From Alphaproteobacteria bacterium (GTDB lineage: Bacteria; Pseudomonadota; Alphaproteobacteria; Rs-D84), in contig JAFUTJ010000008.1 of assembly GCA_017471445.1 (NCBI GenBank), forward strand, positions 48,382 through 112,381: DNA of 64,000 nucleotides. The letters are read 5' to 3'. Shown piece by piece: positions 47,999-56,710 of this stretch. The notes below the pieces were generated by a model. The model made no database searches. It was not told the DNA's origin and saw only the letters and a program-made list of their open reading frames with translations. The translations under genes were made by a program, and so were the position numbers. How positions within the stretch are numbered: position 1 is the stretch's first letter; every line of letters starts with the position of its first letter.

Positions 47999-49455
47999 TT
48001 GAAAGCAATAAACCTGATATCTTTATCAAATGCGTTTATGTCTGAAGTTTCGGACGAATATATTAATTATGTTGATATAACCCCAAAAGATACAGAAAAA
48101 ACTCTTTTATTAAATTGTGCCAAAAATTACTTTCTTTACAAATTCCAGTTTTTAAATTAAGCGATTTTTTCTTCGGCTATAATATTCCGCAAATCGGGAA
48201 AGAATTTGATTTGCTTAAAATTGGCAATAATTACAATTTAAATATAGAATTAAACAGTTCATCAAATGAAGCAAAAATCATTAAACAGTTACAATTAAAT
48301 GAATGGTATTTATCCAGTTTAAATTTACCAATATATTTATATTGTTATGTTTCGGACACAGATACATTTTATACATTGGATACAGAACATAATTTGACAA
48401 TTATTGATCCAGAAGACATTAAACAATCCATTATGGAACAAGAAGTTCGATATTTAGATAACTTAGATATTTTATTTGACCCATCGCATTACTTGGTATC
48501 CCCCTTCAACGCAACGGATGATTTTATTGCAGACCGTTATTTTTTAAGCCCGCAACAAGATAATGTTGAAAGAGACCTGGATTCTGTTTTTACAAATTCT
48601 ACCAGTAATATCGTTTCTATAGAAGGTGATGCTGGAACTGGGAAGTCTTTGTTATTATACGATTACGCAAAAAAATTAATTTCCAAGAACGAACAACCGT
48701 TAATTGTTCACGTTGCGAAGCTGAACCAAGGACATAAAGATTTAATGCAAGAACACCATTTTTCAATTTGTGAAATCAAAGATTTTATGAAAATTTTAGA
48801 AAATTTAAATAATTTCGATATTATTTTGATTGACGAAGCTTAACGATTAAAAACTGGTCAACTTAATAAAATTATAGATTATGTTTTTTCCCACAAAATC
48901 AATTGTGTATTTGGATATGACGAAAAACAAAAACTCTCTCAAAAAGAATATAAAAATGGAGCCGTTGAAATAATCAATTCAAATTCTATAAAAAAGTATA
49001 CATTAACACATAAAATTCGAACAAATAAACATCTAGATAAATTCATAAAATCTATGTTTAATATAAAAAACGGTAAAGTTGGCAGTTTAAACAATGTTTC
49101 ATTGGTATATTTTAATAGTCAACAAGCAGATGTTTTTAATTACATCACAAACAAAGAAAATTATAAATTTATCCGTTATACACCATCAATTTTTTCAAAT
49201 ATCGATAATCGATTTCTTATTTTTGAAACACCACACGAAGTAATTGGTCAAGAATTTGATAATGTAGTAGCATACATGGGACCTAGATTTTATTATGATG
49301 ATGAAGGTTTGTTAAAAGCCAGAAACACAGATGGAAATCCTTATGATTTTTTAGGTATGTTTTATCAAACTGTAACACGAGCAAGAAAACGTTTAGAGAT
49401 TGTTATAATAGATAATCCCACAGTGTTTAAAACACTGTCAAATATACTAAAATAA
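47999..49455 (+). pseudogene. DUF2075-type helicase/nuclease-like protein, disrupted (DEAQ -> DEA-stop, plus an N-terminal frameshift)
   Basis: FGYNIPQIGKEFDLLKIG...NIELNSS (DUF2075-like N-terminus), GDAGTGKS, then IILIDEA-TAA-RLKTGQL (48841-48843), where DEAQRL is expected. The C-terminal ORF 49054-49455 continues the same frame. Confidence 0.65.
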
Positions 49456-49592
49456 ACACACGCTGATACTTTCTTTTTATTATGATATAAACTTCCAATC
49501 TTTTAGAAATATTTCACAAATTCTACTCAAGATTGAAAATTCTATCGAATTTTCAACTCGATACGAATAAGCTGATTCGAGCCAAGATTTCC

Positions 49593-49624
49593 GCCGTAAA
49601 CCCCGCAGGTTTGCGGCATTTTTC
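49593..49624 (+). terminator. orphan rho-independent terminator-like hairpin
   Basis: 10-bp stem gccgtaaacc/ggtttgcggc (one G-U pair), 5-nt loop, then ATTTTT. No intact gene lies immediately upstream. Confidence 0.45.
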
Positions 49625-49928
49625 TTTACTTAACACTTCTATATTTACGCATACCACGATACACCAAAATACGCCATAAAACACCCTGCTGGCCACACAA
49701 TAGCTACACAGAATCCGCACCCCATCCGTCGTCTTATGAATAACTTATGCTTTTTCAACCCGTAAAAATATCTACATATTTGGAACATATTCCAAAATCG
49801 GCATTTTTGCCCCTATTGACTCAAAATTTTCTGGGTAATTTTCTGGGCGTTTTTTGTATCTTATAAACCTGTTTGATTTTTAAGGAATAAATGGATACCA
49901 TTTAGTTAGATGTACAAAAGATTATGAT

Positions 49929-50210
49929 ATGGAAGCTATTATTGTCATATTATTTATAGGTCTTGCGATATGGTGGAATAATTTCAAACGCAAAATGCGC
50001 AGAGATTATTACCGTAATGATTATTTACAATCGGAAGCATGGCAGCGCAAACGATATCTTGTATTAAAGCGTGATAATTGGCGTTGTGTTTATTGCGGGA
50101 AACGAGCCACCCAAGTACATCATTTGAAATATGCTAAGAACATTGGGCGCGAGCCTATTGATTGGCTGGTTTCTATTTGTGATGAGTGTCATAAAGCAAG
50201 GCATAAATAA
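49929..50210 (+). CDS. small HNH-endonuclease-like protein with N-terminal hydrophobic helix
   Basis: LKRDNWRCVYCGKRATQVHHLKY...LVSICDECHKARH is an HNH C-x2-C...HH...C-x2-CH pattern. Confidence 0.7.
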   Translation: MEAIIVILFIGLAIWWNNFKRKMRRDYYRNDYLQSEAWQRKRYLVLKRDNWRCVYCGKRATQVHHLKYAKNIGREPIDWLVSICDECHKARHK

Positions 50211-50222
50211 TTTGGCATACGA

Positions 50223-50897
50223 TCAATATGCTTTGGCCGCATTCGGATATTTTTTACTGCAATTTTCTAAACCGGTCGCATAATCAAGAGCAAACGCAAC
50301 ATTCACAAGGTCCTTATCCAGCGCATCTGTTTTGTCTGTATCTGAACTACTTTCTAATAATTTAGTGGCCAAATCATCCAAACACATGCAAAACTTTTCA
50401 CCCTCTGCTTTTAACGATTTAGACATTTTTTTATCACCAAATATAAAATGATCTTTACAATCAGCATACATATTTACCGCACGTTCATAAAATCTGCTTC
50501 TAAATTCATCTGATGATTCTGGGGTATAAGAATATCCAAATTCTACCATAGGAACAGTTTTTACAGAACCGCCTTTGGTTTCATACTTATAAGTGCTAAG
50601 TGGTATAAAACATTTGTTTTCTGGTATTTTTATAACCTTATCATCGTACAATTCTGTGGTTATGCTATGTGATTTTGGTACATATACCGTCATACCGGTA
50701 CAATACTTGGTGTCCCAGCCGTCACAAGCCAAAGCCAGCGCACCTTCATCAAGTGTCTGAAACACTTTAACGGCCTTAATATCCATACATTCGGTATTTT
50801 TCTTTGCTTTCCATATATCCGTATCACTTGTTTCTGTTCTAAATAAACTACACGCCGATAACAAGGCTATCATGGAAAATAATGCGATACGTTTCAT
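50223..50897 (-). CDS. lipoprotein, function unknown
   Basis: Start MKRIALFSMIALLSAC (lipobox LSAC) preceded by AAAGGAG. Confidence 0.7.
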   Translation of the reverse strand: MKRIALFSMIALLSACSLFRTETSDTDIWKAKKNTECMDIKAVKVFQTLDEGALALACDGWDTKYCTGMTVYVPKSHSITTELYDDKVIKIPENKCFIPLSTYKYETKGGSVKTVPMVEFGYSYTPESSDEFRSRFYERAVNMYADCKDHFIFGDKKMSKSLKAEGEKFCMCLDDLATKLLESSSDTDKTDALDKDLVNVAFALDYATGLENCSKKYPNAAKAY

Positions 50898-50974
50898 GAA
50901 AAACTCCTTTTTCAATATAAGTATATAGGCATTATGTCAAAAAATCAAAAACTTTGTTCGAATAACCAAATATT

Positions 50975-51161
50975 CGAATAAATAACTGGACTTTTGGCAG
51001 AAAGTACGGACAAATACGACAACCTTAAAAGGATTGTTTATGAAATATACGCATTTTGACGATATTTGCCCCAACCGTCGCACAGATTTTGTTATGCTGT
51101 ATTTTGCCGCATGTCGATTTTTACGCGAATTACAAGCCGCAATTCGCCGAACAAACGGTGG
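50975..51161 (+). repeat. copy B of the repeat shared with 21952-22130 (here part of a full-length ORF)
   Basis: See copy A. It covers about 65 nt of leader plus the first ~40 codons of the 51040 ORF. Confidence 0.75.
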
Positions 51162-51390
51162 CAATTTAACCTGTCGCCAGGCTTGGCTACTCCGCTGTAT
51201 CCAAAACAAGTTTGTGCAAATGGTCGCCCGCCTTAAAGCCACCCAGCGCAATGAGATACTGAATATACCCAACGCAAAGTATCCAACAGGCACCGTTATT
51301 TACCTAAAAAGTTCCCAAGGGAACGTTTTCTACCTTATGGGGCTAGCTAATCGACTTATGCGGGAACTACGAAGAAATTGCCGAATATAA
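51040..51390 (+). CDS. hypothetical protein (MKYTHFDDICPNRRTDF...), paralogous to the fragment at 22017
   Basis: 116-aa ORF with no recognisable family. An antisense ORF of similar size exists, so coding status is uncertain. Confidence 0.4.
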   Translation: MKYTHFDDICPNRRTDFVMLYFAACRFLRELQAAIRRTNGGNLTCRQAWLLRCIQNKFVQMVARLKATQRNEILNIPNAKYPTGTVIYLKSSQGNVFYLMGLANRLMRELRRNCRI

Positions 51391-51491
51391 GCGAGAACAG
51401 GCCAGAGCAACAACATACCAAGCACACTTAGCCCTTTTACGCAAATGGTTCGGAATTGTGTTTATTTGAGATGACAATGTGTAAAATTGCA

Positions 51492-51998
51492 TCAATCAAA
51501 TAACTCTTTGTTTTCATCATACACTGCTAAATAACGTTTCCCTAGTTTATTATCCCAGAATTCTTCAATTGCTTTTAATATTGTTGATAGTTCTGTTTCT
51601 TTCTCGTCTTTTATTACTATTAGTTTCCTTGGCACGTTAGTTCCAGATTTTCTGCCGGTTCTATATGGTTTGTCCAGGTTAAAATGTTTGGTACCATTTG
51701 CTATATTTTCTAAGGCATCATTGTACGGAATTTCTTTACAAAGTTCCTTCTTTTCTTGCTTTGTCTTACAAAACCAATCCAAAACATGATATAAAGTTAT
51801 GCGGGCATTTATGGCCTTTCGCTCATCTCCCTCATCAGCATAGAACTCCTTCAAATTTTGTTTTACAATCCGGTGATAAAAATACTTGGGCTCATGATAT
51901 ATAAAAGACGGTCCTGGTTTTTCAACAGTAATACGAATATCCGGAAAAATTTCCAAACCAAGTTCTGAGATAAATACCTTTTTAACAAAATGTTCCAT
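51492..51998 (-). CDS. hypothetical protein (168 aa)
   Basis: Likely start MEHFVKK at 51998, 10 nt after the upstream ORF stop. No confident family; it contains an ...ENIANGTKHF... motif. Confidence 0.5.
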   Translation of the reverse strand: MEHFVKKVFISELGLEIFPDIRITVEKPGPSFIYHEPKYFYHRIVKQNLKEFYADEGDERKAINARITLYHVLDWFCKTKQEKKELCKEIPYNDALENIANGTKHFNLDKPYRTGRKSGTNVPRKLIVIKDEKETELSTILKAIEEFWDNKLGKRYLAVYDENKELFD

Positions 51999-52008
51999 GT
52001 TGTCCCCG

Positions 52009-52308
52009 TTAATCAATAAAATGCAAAACAATGCTAACCAACATTGCCGTAATAGCAATTACCATTGTCCACAATGATAACCTTTTGCTTGTGTTAGCAA
52101 CACTCAACCCATTTTGTGCTATTTCTTTGCTTTCTTTCGCGATTTCGTTACCAGTCTTGGCAACATCCAGCGCATTTTTAGCAATAGCTCTCATTTCTTC
52201 TGCATATTGCTTTTGCTCTTTCTGTATTTTTATTCTTTCTTCTACTTCTTGCTTTTTAGCTATTTCTGCTAATTCTAAAGCACTGGTAGGCATGTGTTGT
52301 CCCCACAT
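52009..52308 (-). CDS. small coiled-coil protein with C-terminal TM helix (99 aa)
   Basis: Repetitive K/E/A-rich helix, then LSLWTMVIAITAMLVSIVLHFI. Confidence 0.5.
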   Translation of the reverse strand: MWGQHMPTSALELAEIAKKQEVEERIKIQKEQKQYAEEMRAIAKNALDVAKTGNEIAKESKEIAQNGLSVANTSKRLSLWTMVIAITAMLVSIVLHFID

Positions 52309-52372
52309 ATAAAACTCCTTTTCTTATATGGTTCATATATAGGTAAAAAGTCCGTTTTTTCAAGCGAATAAC

Positions 52373-52958
52373 TCATGACCCCTGACTATTTATGAAATTT
52401 GTTAGCGTTTCTCTGTTAACGCACAATTTTTTGGCGATTTGCGTTTTTGAATATTCTTTATTCAACATATTGCATATAAAATTCTCTCGGCCAGATAGTT
52501 TCAGATAACTGCTTTTACTACCGTAAGGGCGCCCCAACACCATACCTGCGGCTCGACGTGCCGCCAAGGCTTCTTTTGTTCGTTGAGGGATGAGATTTCT
52601 TTCTAGTTCTGCTGTTAAGCCAAATGCAAATGCTAATATTTTACCTTGTATTCCCGCATCTAGTCGATAATTGTCTTTTATTGTCCATATATCTGCCCCT
52701 ATATTCATAAATTCCCATTATCTGCAATAAATCTCGCCCAAAACGAGATATTTCGCTTGAGATTAAAACATCACCTTTCTGTATTTGTTTTATCAAAAGG
52801 CCTAATTTTCGTTTAGACAATTCTTGTCTGGAGCTAATAGTCTCCTCTATCCACTTATCTATTCTTATTCCCTGTTTTTTTGCGAATTGTTCTATTTCAA
52901 ATTTCTGGTTATCGGTTGTCTGTGTATTCGTACTAACCCTTGTATATCCATAAATCAT
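52373..52958 (-). pseudogene. small serine recombinase (resolvase/invertase family), frameshifted; paralogue of 26498-27118 in inverted orientation
   Basis: MIYGYTRVSTNTQ...SRFGRDLLQIMGI in one frame, and EFMNIGADIWTIKDNYRLD...AELERNLIPQRTKEAL...HTH (KTQIAKKLCVNRETLTNFI) in another. The break is near 52700. Confidence 0.8.
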
Positions 52959-53182
52959 ACCATACCTCTTTTTATGTAAATCATAGACCAGCACATATAC
53001 TTCCTGACGAAAATAAACTAAGGTTTAATTTGATACGGCGGTTTAGATTTTATAATAATCGGCAAATGCCTATTTTATGCAGCTTTGCGCAGACAAAAAT
53101 TCCTAAAAAACAGTTGATTTTTTTGTTTGGTTTTATTACTATCTATTTTGTCAAAGTAAATGAGTATGAAAAGTATTAGAAA

Positions 53183-53812
53183 ATGCTAAAAATGAACAGA
53201 TATTTTCCAGATTGGGTGAACGAACGAAAAAAATTACAAGAAATTCATGATTATAGATATCTAATAAAAAGATTCCCAGACATAGATAAAACGAATATAA
53301 ATTTGCCTGATGAATTAGACCCACGTAGAAAAAATAGAAGTTATGCCACGATATGTAATAGCTATTTTCGCAATAGTGTTTTGGCAATGCATGATAATAG
53401 TTTGTTAGAGCAACATTATAACTTACTGGTAGAATATAAAAAATTATACAAAAATACGCAATTGGACACTTTTGATGACGTCAAAAAAGTTTTGAAAGAT
53501 ATTCTGAAAATTATGCCTATAAATAGTCCTCATTTAGCAAGCCAAATATTACATATGTTGAATAATAATCTGCCAATATGTTCCAGACCTATTTTGACGG
53601 GATTACATATCAGTCCTAATAATATAGAACTGTGCAGTCTATATGAAGATTTAAACATAAAAATCAACGAATTTTTAACATCGGATAAAGGACAAGACAT
53701 TATAAAAGATTTTAAAGATTCCTTTAATAATGACAGGCATATATTAGATTATATTAGTGATACAAAAATCATAGATTTTTACTTTTGGTTGCCAACATTA
53801 GACGCAGAATAA
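53183..53812 (+). CDS. hypothetical protein (209 aa)
   Basis: AT-rich ORF. No family recognised. Confidence 0.45.
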   Translation: MLKMNRYFPDWVNERKKLQEIHDYRYLIKRFPDIDKTNINLPDELDPRRKNRSYATICNSYFRNSVLAMHDNSLLEQHYNLLVEYKKLYKNTQLDTFDDVKKVLKDILKIMPINSPHLASQILHMLNNNLPICSRPILTGLHISPNNIELCSLYEDLNIKINEFLTSDKGQDIIKDFKDSFNNDRHILDYISDTKIIDFYFWLPTLDAE

Positions 53813-53817
53813 TAAAA

Positions 53818-54012
53818 ATGGGCTGGAAAACTTTAAGATTTGAACAATGTATGACGCCATCAGGTCAACAAATCCTTGAATGTTGGTTAGACGAAGACGG
53901 CCGTCCAAAACACTTATTAGAAGTTGTGCAACTTCGGAATGATGGTATGGGGGGGGCGCATGCGATAGTTGAATGCAGAAATCGTTATGAACATTTAACC
54001 TGGAAACACTAA
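53818..54012 (+). CDS. small hypothetical protein (64 aa) containing a G8 tract
   Basis: Start MGWKTLRF. G8 at 53949-53956 encodes GMGGA. Confidence 0.35.
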   Translation: MGWKTLRFEQCMTPSGQQILECWLDEDGRPKHLLEVVQLRNDGMGGAHAIVECRNRYEHLTWKH

Positions 54013-54033
54013 AAAATATTGGGGGAACAATAA

Positions 54034-54666
54034 ATGAAAAAGCCGAATTACTTTTTACATCTTGAATACGCAACTAAGATGTTTTTTGATGATATTGTAA
54101 GTGATGGTATTAAAATTATTGTTCCCGTTGAGGGAATAGATTTCAGGTTTTATATATTGAATACAGAAAAAGAATTTGTTTTTCACGAAACAAAACCAGA
54201 AATCGGACAAAAAATCATAAAAAAACAATATAAAAATTATGAAATCTTTTATATGAATGAAAATTTTGAATTAAATACTAAACCAGATATGGATTCTGGT
54301 GTTGTTGCATATGTATGTGTGCCTAAAAATGATAAAGAATATAAAAAATCTAAACAAGACCGTTTAACGTTTATTGAAGTTGTGTTAACTAATTATTACT
54401 ATCAAGAAAATAATTGGTTGTTATATGTTGTAGACAGATTTAATCAAATAAATATCGCTGATGATTATTCTTTGTTTCACGATAAAAATTCATTTACCCA
54501 AGAAGATGAAAAATGGTTCAATAAATGCAAAACTAAATATGGCATACCACAAAAAGAAATAAATATAGCAAAATCAATTATAAAAGCACACGACTATAAA
54601 CATAGTGACGATGTATTCATTGTTAAAAATAAAAATACCAAAAATCAAGATATATGGAAATTTTAA
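54034..54666 (+). CDS. hypothetical protein (210 aa)
   Basis: ORF with a GGGGGA RBS-like sequence upstream. No family recognised. Confidence 0.5.
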   Translation: MKKPNYFLHLEYATKMFFDDIVSDGIKIIVPVEGIDFRFYILNTEKEFVFHETKPEIGQKIIKKQYKNYEIFYMNENFELNTKPDMDSGVVAYVCVPKNDKEYKKSKQDRLTFIEVVLTNYYYQENNWLLYVVDRFNQINIADDYSLFHDKNSFTQEDEKWFNKCKTKYGIPQKEINIAKSIIKAHDYKHSDDVFIVKNKNTKNQDIWKF

Positions 54667-54857
54667 TAAAAAACAAAGGGGGTAAAAAACGGCTTTTGGA
54701 ACAGCAGTTCAAGTTGGAAATCAAATAATTGTCACAAGTCAAATGGCGGTGTGACACGCGTTTTTGACGGTCGTTTGATTAGTTATATCAACGGATATAT
54801 TAACATATATACCAACAAATGCCAGTAAAACCGAAACTTATATTGGAATATAAATAA

Positions 54858-55285
54858 AATGAAAGAACGAAAATATTTTTTAGTGGTTCAAAATATGCCC
54901 AAGTTTGGCTTCAAACACATCAACAAAAATGTTGGTGTGAAAGTGTTTTTGCCGTCTTATATTATGTCAGACAGGTTTAAAAAATAAGCACAGAATCTGA
55001 AATTATTCGTGGCGAAACCCCAGAATTATGTATGGGCATATTAAAAAACAAATATAAAGATTTCAATGTGTTCTATCTTAATGTTTCAGAATTTTCAGGT
55101 AGGGAATATTATAAACATACAAATTTTGTTCTGTCTCAACAACCCGATATCGCGGTTGCTTTTGTTTGTGTGCAAAAAAAATGAACCAGATTACAAAAAA
55201 AGACAAGGCCAATACATATTTGACCTGAATACGACGTTGGAATCAAGACATCGAGTATTAAAAATTCAGACAAGGAAACGATAAC
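54858..55285 (+). pseudogene. degraded tandem paralogue of the 54034-54666 gene
   Basis: Multi-frame reading ...ILKNKYKDFNVFYLNVSEF...PDIAVAFVCVQKK/NEPDYKKRQGQ parallels IIKKQYKNYEIFYMNENFE...SGVVAYVCVPKNDKEYKKSKQD in the intact gene. Confidence 0.45.
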
Positions 55286-55457
55286 AACAGCCATTTTTGC
55301 AACATTTCCCATAGAAAACCCAGAATATTCAATGTTGGTTATCTTGGACAATCCACACGGAACTGAAAATACGAATGGTTAGGAAACGGCTTCTGTGAAC
55401 GTTGTACCATTATGTGGCCGAATCCTATACAAAATAATGCCAATTTTGGAAAAATAA
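55284..55457 (+). pseudogene. C-terminal fragment of a penicillin-binding protein transpeptidase (FtsI/PBP-like) with in-frame TAG
   Basis: TTAIFATFPIENPEYSMLVILDNPHGTENTNG*ETASVNVVPLCGRILYKIMPILEK resembles the end of class B PBPs (..FP...P.y...v.ld.P......G...AAPv...i...). Confidence 0.45.
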
Positions 55458-55981
55458 AAAAACATTGTGTAGTTCATTTTTAACTGCGATAATCTAGTGC
55501 GGGCGGTATATTTTCCAAAATATGCCACCAAAATAACAAAAAATACCGGTTTTCATCATAAAATCGGTATTTTTCATTTTTTGGATGGCATTCAACACAT
55601 TTTTATCTGATAAATACATTTGGATATTAAATAAAAACATTCTAAAAACCACAGAAAAGCAACATTTTTACAAAAATGGGTCGAGTAAGTATATAATTAC
55701 CGAAAACATATTGTGCTGTTTTTGGTTATTTTGGAACTAAGGTCAAACCATAAAACACTTTAGATTTCTGCAGGACACGGGAGGTCATGTTTACACTGAA
55801 ACACGTCTAAATAAATCTCCATTGAGCAATTACTATTAAGTATATTGTTATGTGATGATAGAATCAGACAAATATCGCCATCATCTGGAAAAATTAAAGG
55901 CTATGCCGTTTCAGATGAAATACGAATTGCCGGAACCGTATTGGGCCCAGTAGAACACCCGGGGTTATCGGGCATATATTG

Positions 55982-56710
55982 TTAACTGTTAATTATACGA
56001 CGCTTCTCTAATTCCCCATAATACACATCAAATAGCCATCTGAATATTTCATCAATAAGCACAAGTATTGTAAAAAACAAAAAATAATTATTGTATTTAT
56101 TATTCGCGTCGTTCAAAGATATAAAAGTCGGAAGATTTGGCTGATAAGATTTTGTATTATGTGCACAACGATTTCTATGCTTCCACAATTGCTCATATGC
56201 ACATTTCAATTTTGTTCCAAACAGTTGACCTTTCAGCCAATCATCACCAAACTCTGATTTAAATAGCCCTAGTTGTTGAAATTGACGAGGGTTCCAATCA
56301 GATATGGTAGAGTTTGCAAAAACTTTGACAACAGATTCACATGCTTGCAATAGCAATTCTTGTTTTTTATGTTTTACCATATCGTCAGACACATCCTTGA
56401 ATGGTTTTATATGTTTCAACATTGCATCATATATACCATCTTTATCATTATAAGATGAATATTCCGAATTAAGTCCAGATTTATTTTGGTATCTATATTC
56501 AAAATCTATAGTTGCAATAGTCCAAAAAATACATTTACATTTTTGCTCTAGCATCCCGGTCAGCTGTAAGAATATAGATGATAGTATAGTTTCATTTAAC
56601 GGATATGCGCTATGAATAAACCGCAGCGCGGCAGTCGAACTGGCAAAATTTTCTAACAAATTTATTGCAGGTTTACGAATAAATGGCACATGTATCATAT
56701 CAATTTCCAT
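55982..56710 (-). CDS. HEPN-like protein (R-x4-H; resembles the MAE_28990/MAE_18760-type HEPN nucleases)
   Basis: EQLWKHRNRCAHNTKSY (R-N-R-C-A-H). The start ATG at 56710 overlaps the stop of the upstream DUF262 gene (ATGGAAATTGA). Confidence 0.55.
   Translation of the reverse strand: MEIDMIHVPFIRKPAINLLENFASSTAALRFIHSAYPLNETILSSIFLQLTGMLEQKCKCIFWTIATIDFEYRYQNKSGLNSEYSSYNDKDGIYDAMLKHIKPFKDVSDDMVKHKKQELLLQACESVVKVFANSTISDWNPRQFQQLGLFKSEFGDDWLKGQLFGTKLKCAYEQLWKHRNRCAHNTKSYQPNLPTFISLNDANNKYNNYFLFFTILVLIDEIFRWLFDVYYGELEKRRIINS

Noticed and set aside
50937-51293. 118-aa minus-strand ORF opposite the MKYTHFDD gene
   Set aside because: The repeat comparison with 21952-22130 shows conservation that starts at a leader plus an ATG on the plus strand, which favours the plus-strand reading. 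Neither ORF has a recognisable family, so I also gave the plus-strand call low confidence.
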